A stretch of DNA of 64,000 bases from Candidatus Multivorans sp. (GTDB lineage Bacteria; Acidobacteriota; Thermoanaerobaculia; Multivoradales; Multivoraceae). Positions 9,204 through 20,840 of this stretch are shown here, piece by piece; positions within the stretch are counted from its first letter, which is position 1; each line of letters starts with the position of its first letter. Below the pieces are notes generated by a model. That model was not told the DNA's origin, did not search any database, and saw only the letters and a program-made list of their open reading frames with translations. Both the position numbers and the translations under genes were made by a program. The stretch spans positions 2,464,001 to 2,528,000 of the forward strand of contig OZ245033.1 in NCBI GenBank assembly GCA_965224025.1, read 5' to 3'.

Positions 9204-9735
9204 GGCTCTTCAGGGTTTCGAGTGGAACGTGAGTGAATCGGGGTAGAGTTCGAGTCCACCGAGATGGAAGTAGATGGCGTTGCGGAAGCGGTTGCGATTT
9301 CGATAGCCGCGGGCGGTTTTCTTGAGGGACTGTATGACCGAGTTGATGCCTTCCAGGCGGGCGTTGGTCACTCCTTGCTCGATGGCGTTGAGCATGCCGT
9401 CGAGATGAGCTTTGATCATCCTTGCGACCTTCTTCATGGGCTCCAGGCGGCAGCGGATCGCCCACGAGTACCAGCCCTCGTAGGTGGCCCGGGCCTCGTC
9501 GCGGTCCGAGGTCTCCCACATCAGCATCGCCAACTCCTTTAGATGCCAGCAGCGGGCGGTCTTCGACGTGCCGTCGATCAAGTCCTTGAAGCGGACCCAG
9601 GAGCGCACCGGCACATGGTCAGGGTGATACAGCCACAGGTAGCGCGTCTTGGCCAGACTGTCGTCGCCACGGCTCCGCAGAAGCCGGTGCTCCTCGCGGC
9701 GCACCTTGTCCACGGCCTCGCCGAGGCGGTTCCTG
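9204..9735 (-). mobile_element. ISL3-family remnant (transposase C-terminus and one terminal end)
   Basis: AVDKVRREE...TNARLEGINSVIQSLKKTARGYRN..F..AIYFHLGGL; terminal GGCTCTT at 9204; N-terminal part missing. Confidence 0.85.
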
Positions 9736-10335
9736 GCCCGGTACCGACGCCGCGCCACGGTAGCTAGGCGGCTGCGGCCTGCGCGAGTTGTGAGGAGGCC
9801 ACCAGACGGATGATGCGAACGAATGGATAGCCGCCCTGGTCACGGGGTTTCTCCTGGACAGCTTGGGAGTGTGGCAGGGCGATGCGACTCGGAGCACCAG
9901 GATTGGAAGGAGTGGCGGAGTTCGTGCGGGTGGTGGAGGTCCACGTGTTGGGGGCAACTGTAAAGGTCCCGTTCGTGGCAACCGAAAACGGCACACTCCG
10001 CGGTTTGTCGGAGGTCGTTCGTCGTTCGATACTGCTGGTTTCGCCAACAGCCATGGAGTGTTGGCAACGTTCGGAAAGTGAGCCACCCAACGTTTGGAAA
10101 GTGAGCCACCTCGGCCGTGTTGAGTGTACGCGAGTCTTCTCTCGTCGGTCCCCCTTGAGTCAGTAGCAGTAGTGGCCGCGGTAGCTGTGGGAAACCGGTC
10201 TGCCGGTTTTCCAAGGCGGTGCGGGAAACGGTCCGCCGTTTTCCGCGGCGCCGGCAGCTTCCGCAGCTGGCCGCCGGTGCGGTGCTCTCGGCGGCGGCGC
10301 CGCGGCGGTCCGGTTGCGCGTCGTGGGGTCCGGAT

Positions 10336-11086
10336 TCACGAGGGGCTTCTCCGCGGCCGTGTCCGATAGGAGGAGCCCTTTGTGGCAAGGATGTGGGCGT
10401 GGTGGGAGAGGCGGTCGAGCAGGGCCGTGGTGAGCTTCTCGTCGCCGAATACGCGGACCCATTCGGAGAAGGCGAGGTTGGAGGTGACGATGGTCGAGCG
10501 GCGCTCGTAGCGGTCGGCGAAGACGTTGAAGAGCAGCTCGCCGCCGGCGCGGTCGAGGGCACGAAGCCGAGCTCGTCGCAGATCAGGAGGTCGATCCGCT
10601 GAAGCCGCTGCTGGAGGCGGCCCAGCTCCCGCTGGTCGCGGGCTTCGATCAGGTCGCGGACGAGGTCGGAGGCCTTGCGGAACCAGACCCGGCGGCGGCG
10701 CTTCGCGGCCTCGATGCCCAGCGCGATCGCGAGATGCGTCTTGCCGGTGCCGATGGGTCCGACCAGGACGACATCGTCGCCGCGGTCGATGTAGTCGCAG
10801 GCCGCCAGCTCTCGCAGTTCGGCTTGGACACTCCTTGCAGCGCCTCGAAGTCGATCTGCTCGAGCGTCTTGCGGTCGGGGAAGCGGGCCGCCCGCGGCCG
10901 GCGCTCGACGGCGCGGGCCTCCCGATCCCGGATCTCGGCCTCGAGCAGTTGCCAGAGGTAGTCCTCGTAGTCCCACTGCGCGTCCTGGGCCTGACGCGCC
11001 CGCTGCTCGTAGTCGCGCAGCACGGAAGGCATCTTGAGCGTCTTGAGGCCCTCGGCGATGACGGCTCTGCGCGCGGCCCGGCTCAC
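10336..11086 (-). CDS. istB: IS21 helper ATPase IstB (frameshifted near 10825 and 10560)
   Basis: Walker A GPIGTGKTHLA, DLLICDELGF and ALLDRLSHH are spread over three frames. Confidence 0.85.
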
Positions 11087-12594
11087 GATGCCGCCTCCTG
11101 AAGCAGCACGTCGAAGTCGGCGGTGCGAGCGCTCTCGACCTCGTGGCCCCGGAGCGGCTCGGGCACCTCCATCCGGGGCGCGGAGCTTCGCTCGACAAGT
11201 CCCAGCAGGTCGAAGCGGCCGGCGGCCAGGGCTTCCTCGAGAGCGGAGGCGACCTCTTCGCTGCCGTGGTCCACAACCACGCTCAGCAGCTTGGCGAAGA
11301 GCCGCGCCGTCTCCAGGGCGCCGTGCCGCAACTCCAGCATTCTCCATAGCTTGCGGTACGCCGGACCGAGCTCTGCGAGCAGCTCCGGAGCGACTTGGCG
11401 CACCGCTTGAGGTTTCCGAGACAGCTCCTCGAAGTAGTGCGCGTAGCGCACCAGGCGCTGTCCCGGCCGCACAAGGTCGCAGCGGTACTCCGCGTCGCGA
11501 CAGGAGAAGACGATGTCGCTGACGCCGACGAGGGCGTGGATCTCGAGGCTCTTCCAGCGCGAGGGAACCGAGTAGGTGGCGCCGCCCAACTGCACCGTCG
11601 CCCGCCGCGAAGCCCGCACGATCTTGAGCTTCCTTGGCTCAAAGCCGGCCGCCGGCAACTCTCGCAGCGCCTCCTGCTCCTCCTCCCACCGGGCGCGCTC
11701 ACTGTGTGCCGCGTCGACCGAAGCCAGCACCTCGCCTGCGATCTGCTCCAGAGTGCGCCCTTGGGGTACCGGACTCATGTGAGCCAGACGGATTCCCTTG
11801 CCGCGAGACTCCACGCTCCCCTTGTCGTGCCCCTCGCCGGGGCGGGCGAAGCACGGCTCGAACAGGTAATGGCTCACCAGCGCCTGGAATCGATCCGTCA
11901 ACTGACGCTCGGTGCCGACCCGGCGACGCACAGCCGCACTCAGATTGTCGTAGACCAGACGCAGCGGCACGCCGCCGAAGTGAGCGAACGCCCGCACATG
12001 GCCGTCGAGGAACGCCACCTGGTCGCAGCGGTCGTAAAGCCACGCGAACGAACGGCCCGAGTACGGCAGGTGCAGCAGGAACTTCCACACCCGGTGAGCC
12101 ACGCCGTCCTCCTCCACCGTCACCTCGAAGAACCCGGGTGGCGCGCTCCGCGCCACACGCGAACCTCTCCGGGTGCGAGTCATCGAGCACACGGAAGGCA
12201 GTCCACCTGGCCGCACTCGCCGGCACGGTGCACCAGCGGAATAAACGTCTCCCGCCGCTGACGCTTCCACTCCCGCACGTAGCTGCGCACCGTCGTGATC
12301 CCCGACCTCGTAGCCATCCTCCAGCAACTGGCGATGAAGACGCACAGCCGTCAGACGCTGCTTCGCCGTTGTCCGGCGAGACCATGTCGTCAACAACTCC
12401 TCCAGACGAGGCGCCACACCCTCCGTCACCAACCGGCGCCGGGGCTTGCTCTCCACCCGCACCGGCTCGCTCTGATCCAGGTACTTGCGCACCGTGTTGC
12501 GGCTCACACCGTGCTCGCGGGCCACCGAGCGCTGGCTCCGACCCTCCCTCAGCACCTGGTGCCGAATAACATGAACCTGATCCATCCTCAGCAA
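11083..12594 (-). CDS. istA: IS21 transposase IstA (extra G near 12300 and a 68-bp insertion)
   Basis: HTH (GVSRNTVRKYL), GQVD|FFEV, YDNL and GHDKGSVE. Confidence 0.9.
   Translation of the reverse strand: MLRMDQVHVIRHQVLREGRSQRSVAREHGVSRNTVRKYLDQSEPVRVESKPRRRLVTEGVAPRLEELLTTWSRRTTAKQRLTAVRLHRQLLEDGYEVGDHDGAQLRAGVEASAAGDVYSAGAPCRRVRPGGLPSVCSMTRTRRGSRVARSAPPGFFEVTVEEDGVAHRVWKFLLHLPYSGRSFAWLYDRCDQVAFLDGHVRAFAHFGGVPLRLVYDNLSAAVRRRVGTERQLTDRFQALVSHYLFEPCFARPGEGHDKGSVESRGKGIRLAHMSPVPQGRTLEQIAGEVLASVDAAHSERARWEEEQEALRELPAAGFEPRKLKIVRASRRATVQLGGATYSVPSRWKSLEIHALVGVSDIVFSCRDAEYRCDLVRPGQRLVRYAHYFEELSRKPQAVRQVAPELLAELGPAYRKLWRMLELRHGALETARLFAKLLSVVVDHGSEEVASALEEALAAGRFDLLGLVERSSAPRMEVPEPLRGHEVESARTADFDVLLQEAAS
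12133..12200 (-). repeat. 68-bp double-hairpin insertion element, copy 1 (inside istA)
   Basis: Interrupts the codons GAC|TTC of the QVDF motif; 57/69 aligned positions identical to 36841-36909. Confidence 0.8.
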
Positions 12595-12844
12595 ATCCTT
12601 CCTCCGATCGCGTTGGTCTCATGTACAAGACCAAGCTACCGGCAAAGGGCCGAGGGTGGATCACTTTCTGCCCGTTGGGTGGCTCAGTTTCCGAGCGATG
12701 CCTCCAGAAGCGGTGAGGGCGTGCTTTGGAAGGCAGTAGGCGACGAGCGGCCGGGAACTGCTGCGGGGGTAGAGTCTGCTTTGCGGGCTGCCTAACTGGC
12801 CGGGCACCAACCACAGCTGTCTTCGAGAGAGGAGCCGGAGGAAG

Positions 12845-13060
12845 ATGCAGGAGTACACCGCGATCGTCAAACGGGCCGGCGACTGGTGGATCGGCTGGAT
12901 TGAAGAGGTGCCGGGCGTCAACTGCCAGGAGCGGAACCGCGAGGAGTTGCTGGAGACACTGGCCATCACCCTGGCCGAGGCGCTGGAGTTCAATCGGCAG
13001 GCAGCGCTGGCTGCGGCGGGCGAGGGCTACACCTTGGAGAAGGTCGTCGTCGCTACATGA
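12845..13060 (+). CDS. hicB: HicB-family antitoxin (short)
   Basis: YTAIVKRAGDWWIGWIEEVPGVNCQERNREELLETL; ATGA overlap with hicA. Confidence 0.85.
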   Translation: MQEYTAIVKRAGDWWIGWIEEVPGVNCQERNREELLETLAITLAEALEFNRQAALAAAGEGYTLEKVVVAT

Positions 13061-13245
13061 AGCGCAGAGCCCTTCTGCGGCATCTTCGAAGACAGGGCTG
13101 CGAGTTGGTGCGCGAGGGGCGACGGCATTCCTGGTGGCGGAACCGCGCCGACGATCGCCGCAGCGCGATTCCTCGGCATACCGAGATCAACCGGATACTG
13201 GCGCGGAAGATCTGCGCGGATCTCGGGGTCGAGCTGGTCCCCTGA
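13057..13245 (+). CDS. hicA: HicA-family toxin
   Basis: MKRRALLRHL..GCELVREGRRHSWW..AIPRHTEI..LARKICADLG. Confidence 0.85.
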   Translation: MKRRALLRHLRRQGCELVREGRRHSWWRNRADDRRSAIPRHTEINRILARKICADLGVELVP

Positions 13246-13568
13246 GCCCTTGAGCCCGGTGGCTTCCCGACGGGGTGCGCGGGATCGGGAGCTTGTTCCA
13301 GCCGTCTCACGCGTGCGGCCGGCGCGGCCGCAAGTAGGGCTGGGCGCCACTGAACCCTCCCGCTCGAGCCGCCGCCATCCTCTTGTGGTCTGGCTTGAGC
13401 ATGGCGCCCGCCGGTTGGGTCAGAGTGCGGGACTCTGGGGTACAGCAGTTCCCTAAACCATTGCAGAATAAGGACTTACGCCGCCTAGAGTCCCAACTCT
13501 CATTCTGTTTCCTCCAGTTTCGATTGGGTTCGGGGATTGTACCGGAAGGCAAAGCGCACCTTCGGCCG

Positions 13569-14618
13569 TCAGGGTGTCGGCTTGGAGCCCTCGATCCGTC
13601 GCCTCGGCAGCGGACGCTCAGGGACATCCTCAAGCAGTCCGCCGTGGCCGAGCGAGGTGATGTCGCGGCGGGTCAACCGATCGCCGGCGAGCAGGCGGGG
13701 CAACACGAGGTCGACGATGTTCCGCTTCGGGCTGCGGGCGCAACCGGGGGCGCCGAGAACGGGCGTACCGCCGAGTTCGGCGAGCAGCAACAGGTTGCCG
13801 GGGTCGACCGGCGCGCCATAGCAGATGACCGACCCGCCGGCTGCCTCGATCGCGCTGGGAGCGAGATCGTGGCGGTCCTGGATCGCCGTTTCACCGGCGA
13901 GGATCAGGAGATCGACTAGCGGTGCGAGTTCGGCCACCGCAGCGGTCAGACCGGGGGCGCCCCGCTCGCCGTCGAGGGGCGCGAAACGAACTGTCGCGAG
14001 GTCGGTTCCGAGATCGTCCAGCCGCTGGCGGAACGCCTTCTCGAAGCCAGCGACGAGCCGCTCGCGTCCAACTGATTGGCTTGCTGCCACGGTGCCTGAG
14101 ACGATCAAGCCGGCATTCCGGCGTGGAAGTGCGTCAAGCCGGACAAGGGGGCTGGAGGCGAGGCTCTCCGCCGCGGCGACCGTCTCTTCGGGCAGAGCGT
14201 AGGGGAGGATCTTGGTCGTCGCGACCATCTTGCCGACGCGTGCGACGCTGTGGTCGGGGAGGGTGGCCAGGGTCACGCCGTCGCACTCATTGATGCGGTT
14301 CAGGGCTTCCGCGTCGACGCGCAGCAGGCCGAGCGTCTCCGCGTGCAGGTTGACTCGGCCCGTGGTCGGACCGCGAAGGACGAGCCCCGGGCCCGCGACC
14401 GCCTCGCTGATCCTTCGGGCGGCTTCGTTCTCGTCGACATCGCCGGGTTCCAGCCGGGCGGCGTAGACCTCTGAACGGCCCAGCGCGGTCAGGAGAGCCA
14501 CTTCCTCCCGGCCGAGCGCCCGACCCTTGCGCAGCACGCGGCGGCCATCGCCGTCGTACGCGTTGTGGCCGAGCACTGCCCCCAGGGCCTCGGTGAGCGG
14601 TGTGGACTCGAACTTCAT
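13569..14618 (-). CDS. Molybdopterin-binding protein (MoeA-like / N-terminal domain of MocA fusions)
   Basis: Motifs TGRVNL, KILPYA, GAPVDPGNLLLL, GAPGCARSPKRN and LGHGGLL. Confidence 0.85.
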   Translation of the reverse strand: MKFESTPLTEALGAVLGHNAYDGDGRRVLRKGRALGREEVALLTALGRSEVYAARLEPGDVDENEAARRISEAVAGPGLVLRGPTTGRVNLHAETLGLLRVDAEALNRINECDGVTLATLPDHSVARVGKMVATTKILPYALPEETVAAAESLASSPLVRLDALPRRNAGLIVSGTVAASQSVGRERLVAGFEKAFRQRLDDLGTDLATVRFAPLDGERGAPGLTAAVAELAPLVDLLILAGETAIQDRHDLAPSAIEAAGGSVICYGAPVDPGNLLLLAELGGTPVLGAPGCARSPKRNIVDLVLPRLLAGDRLTRRDITSLGHGGLLEDVPERPLPRRRIEGSKPTP

Positions 14619-14663
14619 CTGCCGCCGAAACTACACCGCAAACACTGGGCGCGCCGGCGTCCT

Positions 14664-14697
14664 CGCCGGCCTGTAGCCGCGGGTCTTCTGACCCGCG
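14664..14697. repeat. REP-like palindrome, family A copy 2 (GTAG-type)
   Basis: GTAG followed by hairpin ccgcgggtc-ttct-gacccgcgg; matches 1397-1430. Confidence 0.8.
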
Positions 14698-14753
14698 GAC
14701 AACAACGCGCCTCGAAGCGGCGACCGTACTCCAACGATAAACTCCCATCCCCT

Positions 14754-15908
14754 ATGGCTTCCGACAACTACGGCCGGATCGACGGCTGGCGCGACGAGCT
14801 CACCGAGTGGCGCCGTGACTTCCACCGCCACCCTGAGCTCGCGTTCGAAGAGGAGCGAACGGCGGGCATCGTCGCCGAGCGCCTGCGCTCCTTCGGCATC
14901 GATGTCCATGAGGGGATCGCCAGGACGGGCGTGATCGGGACGATAAGCGCCGGCAACTCGGATCGGGCGGTGGCGTTGCGGGCCGACATGGACGCGCTGC
15001 CGATCGACGAGAAGAACCAGTTCGGGCACTGCTCGACGGCGCCCGGGAAGATGCACGCCTGCGGGCATGACGGCCACACCGCGATGCTGCTCGGGGCGGC
15101 CCGCTACCTGGCGGGAACCCGGAATTTCGACGGCACGGTACAGCTCATCTTCCAGCCTGCCGAGGAGAAGGACGGCGGCGCCGGAGTCATGGTGCGCGAG
15201 GGCCTGTTCGAGCGCTTTCCGGCCGACAAGGTCTTCGGGCTGCACAACTTCCCGGGGGTGCCGACCGGCGCTTTCGCGACCAACAGTGGGCCCTTCATGG
15301 CCGCGATCGACCAGTTCGAGATCGAGATCCGCGGCCGGGGCACCCACGGCGCCTGGCCCCACAGCGGCATCGATCCGATCGTCGCCGCGTCCCAGGTCGT
15401 GCTCGGCTTGCAGACCCTGGTGTCGCGCAACGTCGACCCCCGGCGCCGGGCAGTCGTCTCGGTGACGATGAGCCACGCCGGCGACGCCTTCAACGTGATC
15501 CCGGAGACCGCCTACCTGGCCGGCGGCGTCCGCTCCTTCCTGCGCGAGGTCCAGGAGACGCTCGAGCTCGGGCTGGAGCGGGTCGTCCACGGTATCTGCG
15601 CGGCCCATGGCGCATCGGCCAAGGTCGACTACCAGCGCTACTACCCGGCGACCGTCAACGCGCTCCGCGAGACGGAGGAGATGACCGCCGCGGCGCGCAG
15701 CATGGGCTGGGAGGTCGATGCCGACATGGAGCCGCTGATGGGTTCCGACGACTTCGCGTTTCTGGCCGAAGAGCGGCCGGGATCGTTCATGATGATCGGC
15801 AACGGCGACAGCGAGATGCTGCACACGCCGAGGTACGACTTCAACGACGAGTTGCTGACCATCGGCGCCAAGTACTGGGCGCGCCTGGCCGAGAGCCAGC
15901 TTTCTTAG
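14754..15908 (+). CDS. M20D amidohydrolase (hippurate hydrolase-like)
   Basis: Motifs RRDFHRHPELAFEE, LRADMDALP, MHACGHDGH, FQPAEE and LHTPRYDFND. Confidence 0.95.
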   Translation: MASDNYGRIDGWRDELTEWRRDFHRHPELAFEEERTAGIVAERLRSFGIDVHEGIARTGVIGTISAGNSDRAVALRADMDALPIDEKNQFGHCSTAPGKMHACGHDGHTAMLLGAARYLAGTRNFDGTVQLIFQPAEEKDGGAGVMVREGLFERFPADKVFGLHNFPGVPTGAFATNSGPFMAAIDQFEIEIRGRGTHGAWPHSGIDPIVAASQVVLGLQTLVSRNVDPRRRAVVSVTMSHAGDAFNVIPETAYLAGGVRSFLREVQETLELGLERVVHGICAAHGASAKVDYQRYYPATVNALRETEEMTAAARSMGWEVDADMEPLMGSDDFAFLAEERPGSFMMIGNGDSEMLHTPRYDFNDELLTIGAKYWARLAESQLS

Positions 15909-16067
15909 GGAACCGTCGAAACAAAGCCGGCGGCTGCGGCGTATTCCTTGGTGACGCGGGCAGTTTCCGGGCCCCTTCAGCCGGACACCGAAGATGCGGC
16001 GATGGCCCCCGCGCTCCGTCCACCCATAGCTTCGAAGATCACGCTTCCAAACAGACGAGCAACCTTG

Positions 16068-17243
16068 ATGCCGTATACGAACCAGCCCACGGCGGCCACG
16101 TCCCGAGCGAGCTGGACGCCGCTTGTTCTCACTCTTCTCTTCATTCTTCCCTTCGCGGCCGGTTGCGCCTTCGATAGCGGTGTGGCCGGTGAGCCGCCGG
16201 CAGCCGACACCGCCAGCCCGGCCGACGACGACGCGATTCCCGTCGCGGCGCTGCCGATGTTCCGCGGCCGGATCGAGTCCGTGCTCCGCTTCTCGACCAA
16301 TCTCGAGGCCGAAAACCGGGTCGATGTGCTCTCCGAAACCGAGCGGCACGTGACCGACCTCCTGGTCGAGGAGGGCGACACGGTGCGCATCGGCCAGACC
16401 CTGTTGCTGCTCGAGGACGAGGCCCAGCGCACCGCCCTCAAGAGGGTCCAGAGCCAACTGGCCCGCTCGCGCCTGGAGTACGACCGCCAGGAGCGCCTCT
16501 TCGAGCAGGACTTGATCAGCGAACAGGCCTACAACAAGGCGCGCTACGACATGGAGCAGCTCGAGCTGGCGTTGGAAGACTCCGAGCGCGAACTGAGCTA
16601 CGCGACCGTCATGGCGCCGATTGCAGGCGTCGTCACCGAGCGCCTCGTGAACATCGGCGGCCACGTCGAGACCCACGCCAAGCTGTTCGAGATCGTCGAC
16701 TTCGACTCCATCGTGGCGCGCGTGTTCGTGCCGGAGCGCCAGTTGACGGGGCTGTTCGTGGGGCAGCCGGCGCGAGTGCTGGCGCAGTCTCTCGACGGCT
16801 CGCATCAGGCCCGCGTCGAACGCATTTCGCCGGTGGTGGACCCGCGGAGCGGCACGGTCAAAGTGACCCTCGACATTCCCGGCAACCAGGGTCTGCTGCC
16901 CGGCATGTACGTCGAGGTCGACCTGGTGGCCGCGGTCGAGGAGGACGCCCTGCTGGCGCCGAAGCGGGCGTTGGTCTACGACCAGGAGCAGGTCTTCGTG
17001 TTCCGGGTTACCGAGGGCGCCGAGGGCCCGCGCGCCGAACGCCTGCTGGTGAGCATCCGGATCGAGAGCGAGGACGTGGTTCAGTTGGCCGGCGATCTGA
17101 CCGAGGGCCAGCGCCTGATCGTGGCCGGTCAGGCCGGACTCAAGGACGGCGCCCGCATCCGCCTGCTCGACCCGGCCGAGGCGCTGGGCGCCGCGGCGGA
17201 GCTGGGCGCCGCGTCGACGCCGACCTACCAGCCCGCGAGCTGA
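16068..17243 (+). CDS. RND efflux membrane fusion protein (lipoprotein)
   Basis: Lipobox AAGC; VEEGDTV; APIAGVVTER; ISPVVDPRSGTVKV; LLPGMYV. Confidence 0.9.
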   Translation: MPYTNQPTAATSRASWTPLVLTLLFILPFAAGCAFDSGVAGEPPAADTASPADDDAIPVAALPMFRGRIESVLRFSTNLEAENRVDVLSETERHVTDLLVEEGDTVRIGQTLLLLEDEAQRTALKRVQSQLARSRLEYDRQERLFEQDLISEQAYNKARYDMEQLELALEDSERELSYATVMAPIAGVVTERLVNIGGHVETHAKLFEIVDFDSIVARVFVPERQLTGLFVGQPARVLAQSLDGSHQARVERISPVVDPRSGTVKVTLDIPGNQGLLPGMYVEVDLVAAVEEDALLAPKRALVYDQEQVFVFRVTEGAEGPRAERLLVSIRIESEDVVQLAGDLTEGQRLIVAGQAGLKDGARIRLLDPAEALGAAAELGAASTPTYQPAS

Positions 17244-17277
17244 CTCCTGCCACCGCGATAGCGAGAGGAGCGGCGTT

Positions 17278-20838
<3,561 letters not shown>

Positions 20839-20840
20839 GA

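Larger units (their letters stand above)
10059..12706 (-). mobile_element. IS21-family insertion sequence
   Basis: TG...CA ends; imperfect ~52-bp terminal IRs with internal repeats (tgttggcaacgttcggaaagtgagccacccaacg.. versus the reverse complement tggaggcatcgctcggaaactgagccacccaacg..); carries istA and istB. Confidence 0.92.
7402..13517. mobile_element. Integrase-associated genomic island bounded by 22-bp direct repeats
   Basis: actctcactctgtttcctccag (7402-7423) and actctcattctgtttcctccag (13496-13517); integrase next to one end; cargo of IS elements and hicBA. Confidence 0.75.

Noticed and set aside
12133-12200. Group II intron remnant or integron attC site
   Set aside because: Lacks the GUGYG...AY boundaries and the domain V catalytic triad, and lacks the RYYYAAC/GTTRRRY attC ends.
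5280-13248. hicA duplication as the attL/attR pair of the integrase element
   Set aside because: The fragment precedes the intact gene (wrong order for 3'-end restoration) and the integrase would be internal. The 22-bp repeats at 7402 and 13496 fit better.
13250-13440. tRNA or tmRNA at the island end
   Set aside because: No cloverleaf, no GTTC(G/A)A T-loop in a tRNA context and no CCA end recognised. The att-like repeat lies in a translation-initiation region instead.
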